Of a stretch of 64,000 nt of DNA, positions 58,101 through 64,000 are shown piece after piece. Origin of the DNA: an uncultured archaeon (GTDB lineage Archaea > Asgardarchaeota > Thorarchaeia > Thorarchaeales > Thorarchaeaceae); assembly GCA_964610875.1 (NCBI GenBank), contig CAZSWP010000006.1, positions 36,660 to 100,659 on the forward strand, in the 5' to 3' direction. Below the pieces are notes generated by a model. It made no database searches. It saw only the letters and a list, made by a program, of their open reading frames with translations, and was not told where the DNA came from. Numbering within the stretch: the stretch's first letter is position 1; every line of letters begins with the position of its first letter. The translations under genes were made by a program, and so were the position numbers.

Positions 58101-61100
58101 TTACTCTTGAAGCAACATTAAATGATGATTGGGCATCTGGATTTCCAATTGATGGTGCAACTGTCCATTTCTGGTTTAAAGCCGCTGACTCTTGGATAAA
58201 TATTGGAACTGCCGTAACTGATGGCTATGGTGTTGCTCAGTTTATTTGGACTCCTGATGAATCAATATGGAAAACAATTGCAGGTTCAACTATACAATTT
58301 AATGCAACCTACTATTCAAGTGATGTCTATGAGAGATGTACAACAATAGATTCTACACAAATTGAAAAGGTAGAATCCTACTTTGTCACTCCATTTGTAG
58401 ATACAACATACGTTGGTGCTGGTAATGATGTGTCATTTGATATTGGGTTGATAGACCAGTTCGGCAATAGTTTCATTGGCATTGTTGATGTTATGATAAC
58501 AACAGAATATGGGGTATTTGCTGAATTCGTTGTTGTAACTGGTATGAATTCAACATTTGAATTAAATCTCACCGAGAGAGCTAACTATACAGTCACGTTG
58601 GAATACCTAGGAAATAACACGCATCAATCTGTTACAGTCAGTGACATAATTCAAGTATACGGAAAAACAACCATTCTTTCAATTGGTACAAATCCTGATG
58701 CAAGTGATGTCACTGCTGTGGAAGAACTGTCAATCGTATTTCTGCTAGAAGACCTACAGAGTAACACAATCCCTGGAGCGTCGATTCATGTTGAAATTGC
58801 CTGGAATGGCGTTGCATCTGAATATGACCTAATAATTGGTGTTGACGACACAATTTCGTTCAGCCCTGATACTAGTGGTGTTCTAAATGTAAAGGCATGG
58901 TATGTAGGGGATTCATCACATGAACCATCTATGGTCAGCATTGATATCGATGTGCTAAGGAGACCAGTAACTGTAGAACTCTCAGATTTACCTGGAATCG
59001 TTTACCCATATGTTAGTCCATCACTATTGTCATACCCTATTACTATCTCTGTTTCTGACTCTTTGGAAACCAAATTGCTGAGTGGTACAACTGTGATGCT
59101 TTGTTATATTTTTGAAAATGAAACAGTTTACCAGCCGATTTGGAACGAATCTGGTTACATTAATTCGAGTCTTGTTCAGGAATATCTTGCATGGGGTCTA
59201 TTCAGAATCATTGGTTCAGCTGTCACTGATGAGAATGGGCTTGTTACAATTGATTGGGAGGTTGATGTAACTACTGAACAACAATTGAAGGTCTTTGCCT
59301 TGACTTTACAAACAGATCTTCATATCACCGGAATTAGTAATGTGTTTGAAGTAAGTTTTGAGCGGATTCCAACAACACTTGATTTGGAAAGTAGTTGGGA
59401 TGGTGACGGTAAAACTGTGACTATCTCCACGAGACTATGGGATCCATTTGTGAATGTGATTAATGGAGTCCCAGTACAGGTTTACATTACAAGCTATTTG
59501 AATCCTACAAATGTTATCTTCAAAACAAATGTTACCACAGGATTCAACAACACATTTGAGTGGGAAGCACCTGAATATGGAGCTTACAATATCTATGCTA
59601 AATTCCATGGTGATAACTATTATGATGAATCAATGGAAGCACATTCGGTAGTCGTCGTGTCATGGAGATTGATTGACATTGAACTCACTGCACCTACTAC
59701 TGCTTATCCTGGAGAAACAATCCAGTTGAGTGCAAAGGTGATTGACCTTAATGGTACAGACAGTTCTCAATTGTTGGAGTCTTTGACAGTCTACTTTGTT
59801 TATCTACATGATGGCTATCTATATCCAATTGGAAGAGGTGATACAGACTCTCAGAATATTGTTACCTGCAATTGGATCATGCCAGAAGATTATACATTCT
59901 ATAACATCTTTGCATATACCAAACGTCAGGTTGCATATGATACAGGTCGAAGTGATTTCCATCAAATAACTGTGCGTCCATTTTATACGTATCTTGATAT
60001 TCAAGTGAATTCGTCCTTTGATTGGTTCTTCAACTTCTCATACACATTCCATGTGAGTCTGACTGACGAAAATGGGGACGACCTGATTGGAGAAACAGTC
60101 GATCTTTACCTCACAGATAATTACACTGAATTCTGGGGCGAGTTCAATTACGAATCTCAATCCTCTCAGTTCTCATTATCTTGCGATGATGGTGAGGGAA
60201 ATCCACATTATCATTTGTACAAGCTAACTGTGATAATCGGATATAATGATACATTCACCTGGTATGTACCTGGACGTGTATCGGATCGAATTCTGTTTTC
60301 ACCAAGAGCAATCGCCGTTGGGTTCTATGATGGATCTTCTACACACTTCCCAACAGCACTCACTAAAAAGATGTCTTGCTTCTTAATTGAAACAGATATT
60401 GACATTCTCTTTGATGAAGATCCGTGGGATGTTCATGTAGGCATTCCTCAAGAAATTGGTGTAAATGTCACGAATGAATACGGAGAGATTCTTTATCATG
60501 GAAAAGTGGTTCTCACCATAACAGCTGAAAATGGTGCAGTATCTGAGTTCCTAATTGATTTAGCTTGCAATTCATCAGTAATTTGGACTCCTACCCATAG
60601 TGACAGGTACACAATAGAAGCTGAATTTCAGGGAGGAGAATTGTTTGGCCGTCATGAATGCAAATCTAAGGGCCGTTGGCATTGGAAACACAGACACTGG
60701 AAGGAGATACTATATACACGTAGTTTCAATGTGACAGGGATGTTGGTTTTCCCAGAAAATGTAGACATCTATCCATCTCAACTTCAAGCGGAGTATAGCA
60801 CTCTAGATACTATCCTACTTTCAGCATCAATTGTTTCTAATCTTGGTTTACCGACGGGGGGAACTACTGTAAGCTTCTATTATCTTGATTCAGCTGGCGC
60901 GCTTCATCTCATTGGAAGTTCCTTAACAAATGAAAATGGCTATGCTGAGCTAACCTGGAATCTAACTAATGTGATTGCAGATATTGGGTATGAAGCAGCA
61001 AATGTTTTCGTTGAAGTTGACTCCTATTGCTTTAACAACTATCTATGGATGACTGACAATATTGTCAAGATTTGGCAAGAAGAAGCACCAGTATCCGTTG

Positions 61101-64000
61101 GAACTGTTATGAGTGAATCAAACTACAAGTCTGGTAATACCGCACCAGATCTAATGAACCCCGTAGCTGTGATTGTTATTCTCAGTATGGTTGCAATGCC
61201 TGCTAGTATTCTAAATCGTAAGAACAAGCGACTATTAATGCTACTAGCTGTAGTCCTCTTCGTGTTTTGCACTTCATCAATGCTTTACGCAGGTATGGGT
61301 CTTGAATCACATAGTGTTCCGTTTGCTGATGATTTGATTTTTGATTTGAGGACGAATCCAAGTGGTCCAAGTCTTGAAACATTTTCAGAGCTGAAGACTA
61401 CTAGAGTCCAAAATGATGGAACAATGAATGGAATAGATGCGGTGAATTCTGGAACGATTGCATCTTCAATCCCGAATCTTGATTCAATAGAACCTGGATT
61501 TTCAACTGGCAGCCCCAATGCTACTTATATCATAATACCCTTGATGAATACATTGGATGTAAATTTCACAGCCTTTGGTTACTATGTTGTAAGCATCCTT
61601 GACGAAAACCGAAATCCTGTTGATACTGTTGCAGGCTTTGCCAATGGTCAGATCAGTCACTCCTTTTTGATTAGTGATTCTAAATATACTCCTGGAAATC
61701 AATATACTGTTAATACCTTTGTCACAACTCAACGCTCTGGGATTATCTATGGCGATAACAGTTGGATTGTGATGAGTGTAGCTAGATGTTCATCTAAGAT
61801 GGAGTTGTTCTTGGAACCAGATATTCTACAATATACTCCAGACAATCACACTATTACGATAGGCGCAAAACTATCGCAATTGAAAAACAATCAATCCATT
61901 GCTAACAAAGACATCTCGCTGTTCTATAGGTCTTCTCTGAATCTTGAATGGCATGATATAGGGATTGTCACTACAAATGAAAACGGTATTGCACATCACA
62001 ACTGGGATGTTTCATTACCTAAGGACTCCTATGTTATTAATGCGACATTCGTGGGAGACGAAAGATATGATGGATCAATGACTCTAGATATGATAACCAT
62101 TGATGGTTCGGCGACTCAGTTAGGTCCCGCTCAATATCAACAGTCAAAATATTGGACACAATTCGCTCATTCTGTTGATTTGTATACACAGCTACTCTCC
62201 CATAACGGGGACAAGCTATTCAACAAGTCTGTGAACTTTGTGTTGACTAAGGGTGATAAAGAGCATTGGATAGGAACTGATAGAACTGATATCGAAGGCA
62301 TAGCTAGTATTTCATATCTGCCTTATGTTGATGCAGGAGTTTATGATTTCAGAGTTGAGTTCGATGGCGATGAAAACTACGCAGCATCAAATTTTGTTTT
62401 CAAAGACGGTCTTACTGTGCTTAAACGCAACATCGATGTTCTTATGCTAACAGGTGATACTAGTGGAATTGTAGGAAATCCGATTGAAATATCTGCAAGA
62501 TTTTTAGATGACCTAGGAAATCCCGTAAGAGCAGAAAATGCTACTCTAGAGTTATATGACCCAACTAAACAACAATGGAGAATAATTGAAAATATTGAAA
62601 CATCTCCTAGTGGATTAGTATCGTTTGAATTCATGGTTGACATTCTACCAGGCAGTTACGTTTACAGAATTACATTGTTGGGAACAAACAGTACTTCTAG
62701 GGTTTCAAAGCAAGGCGTGCTAACAATTCAACCCTATACTACTGATATCTATTTCGTGCCAACTTCTGTAGAATATGGTCAAACAACAGCCATCATGGCT
62801 CATCTGCAAGATGCAAATGGCTATCCACTCGAGGACAGAACAATTCTATATTACATAGAATTAGAATCAACATGGATTCCTATAGGTTCCGCCTTGACTG
62901 ACCAAGATGGATGGGCAAGACTATCGTGGTTAGCAAAATATGGTGAAGGAACATACAAACTGAAGACACTATTTCCAGGGTCTTCAATAGAATCAGCAAT
63001 CGATATCGTAGACACAGGTATAACCATTTCAAAAGCAACTTCTAAACTATCGATGTCTATATCGAGGAAGGTTCAATATACACTCCCCGCACAGATTAAC
63101 TTGACATTAAGTGACCCCTCAGATGTTGGCTTGGCATATAGGGAAATTGAACTAAAAATATCAGCTGAGGGTATTGGAATAGTTGAGCAAGTCAATCTCT
63201 TTACCGATCGAAATGGTTTTGCATCATATAGTTATGTGCCTCCTTATCTTGGTGATATGACAGTAGATGCTACATTTGTTGGTGATGAAAACTATCTGGG
63301 TGATACAGCAACTGATGAAATGGTCACAGAAAAGATGGAGCTTGCAATCAGTCTAGTTGTTAGTCAGACCTATGCACATAGAGGTGATACCCTATACTTC
63401 TCAGGTCAAGCATCTATCGTTGTTGGTGATGGCGAAGTGCTCCCTGCTGATGAAGGAATTGAGTTCACACTAATGCATGCTGATGGAACGCCAATAAATG
63501 ACGACTACTATTCAATTGTAACTATCTTGGATGGAGTAATTGAGGGCAGTTGGACCATTACTAGATTTGGTAATGTTGCTGATATTCTCCAAGCTGGTGA
63601 TTATAATTTCAAAATAGTTACGCCTCAAGACTTAGGCGCGGAAGGTGAAACGTCTTTCGATCTAACTATTATTGAGCGAACGTATCTCATGGCAATGGCT
63701 GAACATGATGGGAATGCTATAACCAATCAGTATGTTGATCAGAATATGGAATTCAGATATGTATTGCTTGATGAGGATTCAACACCAATGAGTAATACAG
63801 ATCTTATTTACTTCATAGATAACCAAATGCTCTCGAAAACAACTAATAGTGATGGCGAAGTTAAGCATCCAGATTTCGCTCCAGACGAAGCAGGTGGATT
63901 ATATTCAAGTGTATCATATGCTGGGTCAAAACATTTCGATTCCAATTTCGCTGATATTTCTTTCAGTGTGTACAGACGGAATATTTCATTAGAACTCTTC
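55160..64000 (+). CDS. Giant (>2947 aa, 3'-incomplete) Ig-repeat surface protein with an internal TM hairpin
   Basis: ATG 55160 overlaps the upstream gene; MKLRKKQIMIIMFSAFLFVALVG signal peptide; IENGDFE CBM-like domain; VDNTAP Ig repeats; many TD.NG.A...W / F.GD..Y Big-like repeats; no stop seen before the window end. Confidence 0.88.
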   Translation, partial: MKLRKKQIMIIMFSAFLFVALVGMLDVSARDIDPGDGGGSTTSDNVIENGDFEDNVDGWTTAGTGEKTRYWRDYAGDYSMKLDATPVPYYSGFSWNYDCRYSASQDITNELVTEDTRLHFAMYLDHTSLWGTAVLILDIDDSDTDYNTDFSLCYYVSDTTNHGDFNFLGTKYYTFKIGDTQDEWISDVRHVYNDLESKGEDSHNYRITEVRCHVQGGGIGLGLNAECVGLFDDLYLGSNAPDISISSPGAGAYLSGTKTISGSTFDYRKRGFDYIKVKCYETGNWIDRILTPSFTATGTTSWSVELDTTQYPDGARTIYAYVKDTCETVSSYSVDVIVDNTAPSVSVTSHSNNQFVKGTITVKGTAADVTAGLKKVEYKIGDGSYSSTTGTDTWEFDFDTTSVDDGSYTITVKATDNALNVKEKSFILKVDNTGPATGTVTFTPQAGPSGTIFSISVASISDGTGSGVKSAKAYILDPKGNTITLDIEYTNANGWSASLTRSSTDLQGTYTLDKIVAKDNLGNTKTKDLDLKVIYDRSSPTVSLSSHNNHDTISGTTILSGPADDAYSGVNYGRLYVDNQLYGTINLGDGQWNYSLLTTDLDDGYHHFKVVLYDNVGYSRSIIFLLVVSNDGISVLPFIPVIDENDRYITSCRVMNGDSQVVIALVIPNSMVSTQARLMIPEPYLSMWTLNDMTYVDGENTVSFRGAESYGSHSIEFPIFTENSYDLRTRSVALAWDKSEIDWSLSTTDFDIEQYQIHQISISASVGGEIPYGVPLDILVYALQDNKIYLLGTGTINQVGEALIDISIGNNPELDPGEFGIFVRVSGDHESVYDVTTSSSALFSGFAFYEQSSWSFTPSQSEIIHYTATVYDQRLVVVKVFITDSSGIRSSMIGQSIQVYITGSGTDLTKMIYQTNHNDGTYALFSYDFITSGSYSLEFDYLPIGYYLDVENHTITVTLETQRPTSIDLSSPISSGVGTPITLEATLNDDWASGFPIDGATVHFWFKAADSWINIGTAVTDGYGVAQFIWTPDESIWKTIAGSTIQFNATYYSSDVYERCTTIDSTQIEKVESYFVTPFVDTTYVGAGNDVSFDIGLIDQFGNSFIGIVDVMITTEYGVFAEFVVVTGMNSTFELNLTERANYTVTLEYLGNNTHQSVTVSDIIQVYGKTTILSIGTNPDASDVTAVEELSIVFLLEDLQSNTIPGASIHVEIAWNGVASEYDLIIGVDDTISFSPDTSGVLNVKAWYVGDSSHEPSMVSIDIDVLRRPVTVELSDLPGIVYPYVSPSLLSYPITISVSDSLETKLLSGTTVMLCYIFENETVYQPIWNESGYINSSLVQEYLAWGLFRIIGSAVTDENGLVTIDWEVDVTTEQQLKVFALTLQTDLHITGISNVFEVSFERIPTTLDLESSWDGDGKTVTISTRLWDPFVNVINGVPVQVYITSYLNPTNVIFKTNVTTGFNNTFEWEAPEYGAYNIYAKFHGDNYYDESMEAHSVVVVSWRLIDIELTAPTTAYPGETIQLSAKVIDLNGTDSSQLLESLTVYFVYLHDGYLYPIGRGDTDSQNIVTCNWIMPEDYTFYNIFAYTKRQVAYDTGRSDFHQITVRPFYTYLDIQVNSSFDWFFNFSYTFHVSLTDENGDDLIGETVDLYLTDNYTEFWGEFNYESQSSQFSLSCDDGEGNPHYHLYKLTVIIGYNDTFTWYVPGRVSDRILFSPRAIAVGFYDGSSTHFPTALTKKMSCFLIETDIDILFDEDPWDVHVGIPQEIGVNVTNEYGEILYHGKVVLTITAENGAVSEFLIDLACNSSVIWTPTHSDRYTIEAEFQGGELFGRHECKSKGRWHWKHRHWKEILYTRSFNVTGMLVFPENVDIYPSQLQAEYSTLDTILLSASIVSNLGLPTGGTTVSFYYLDSAGALHLIGSSLTNENGYAELTWNLTNVIADIGYEAANVFVEVDSYCFNNYLWMTDNIVKIWQEEAPVSVGTVMSESNYKSGNTAPDLMNPVAVIVILSMVAMPASILNRKNKRLLMLLAVVLFVFCTSSMLYAGMGLESHSVPFADDLIFDLRTNPSGPSLETFSELKTTRVQNDGTMNGIDAVNSGTIASSIPNLDSIEPGFSTGSPNATYIIIPLMNTLDVNFTAFGYYVVSILDENRNPVDTVAGFANGQISHSFLISDSKYTPGNQYTVNTFVTTQRSGIIYGDNSWIVMSVARCSSKMELFLEPDILQYTPDNHTITIGAKLSQLKNNQSIANKDISLFYRSSLNLEWHDIGIVTTNENGIAHHNWDVSLPKDSYVINATFVGDERYDGSMTLDMITIDGSATQLGPAQYQQSKYWTQFAHSVDLYTQLLSHNGDKLFNKSVNFVLTKGDKEHWIGTDRTDIEGIASISYLPYVDAGVYDFRVEFDGDENYAASNFVFKDGLTVLKRNIDVLMLTGDTSGIVGNPIEISARFLDDLGNPVRAENATLELYDPTKQQWRIIENIETSPSGLVSFEFMVDILPGSYVYRITLLGTNSTSRVSKQGVLTIQPYTTDIYFVPTSVEYGQTTAIMAHLQDANGYPLEDRTILYYIELESTWIPIGSALTDQDGWARLSWLAKYGEGTYKLKTLFPGSSIESAIDIVDTGITISKATSKLSMSISRKVQYTLPAQINLTLSDPSDVGLAYREIELKISAEGIGIVEQVNLFTDRNGFASYSYVPPYLGDMTVDATFVGDENYLGDTATDEMVTEKMELAISLVVSQTYAHRGDTLYFSGQASIVVGDGEVLPADEGIEFTLMHADGTPINDDYYSIVTILDGVIEGSWTITRFGNVADILQAGDYNFKIVTPQDLGAEGETSFDLTIIERTYLMAMAEHDGNAITNQYVDQNMEFRYVLLDEDSTPMSNTDLIYFIDNQMLSKTTNSDGEVKHPDFAPDEAGGLYSSVSYAGSKHFDSNFADISFSVYRRNISLELF

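Noticed and set aside
756-62643. Numerous short ORFs antisense to or nested in long genes
   Set aside because: They overlap well-supported CDSs and show no motifs, so they are treated as shadow ORFs.
1-64000. Genome-wide stop-codon reassignment to explain three in-frame stops
   Set aside because: TAG and TGA end many intact genes at expected positions (e.g. 6984, 10887, 15151, 42274 TAG; 1161, 14640 TGA).

Overview
Archaeal DNA, most likely an Asgard archaeon such as Thorarchaeia. This is inferred from archaeal-type TrpRS, GlyRS, PPAT and Nre, a Rab-like small GTPase, SNAP-like TPR proteins and many acidic N-glycosylation-rich surface proteins. Region 1-19.6 kb is mostly housekeeping: trpS, an MFS transporter, acyl-CoA dehydrogenase, two Zn-ribbon membrane paralogs, a degenerate Nre, AlaX, two SNAP-like TPR genes, class II HMG-CoA reductase, glyS, USP, an ASKHA/RACo-like ATPase, coaD, an M28/DUF4910 peptidase and ferritin. 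Region 19.7-42.3 kb is a cell-envelope locus. It holds a polytopic SpoIIM-domain membrane protein, an 1852-aa protein with two FG-GAP propellers, Ig repeats and 7 predicted TM helices, and two tandem giant Trp/Tyr-rich surface paralogs with long structured leaders; the first paralog is interrupted by one in-frame TGA. Region 42.4-53 kb is accessory: small genes, a radical SAM protein, the Rab-like GTPase, two truncated genes joined head-to-head, an unlisted 38-aa basic ORF and two TAG-interrupted genes. From 53.1 kb there is a beta-propeller surface protein and a giant (>2947 aa) Ig-repeat ORF that is missing from the ORF track, has an internal membrane hairpin and runs off the window. No rRNA, tRNA, CRISPR array or transposase was recognised.
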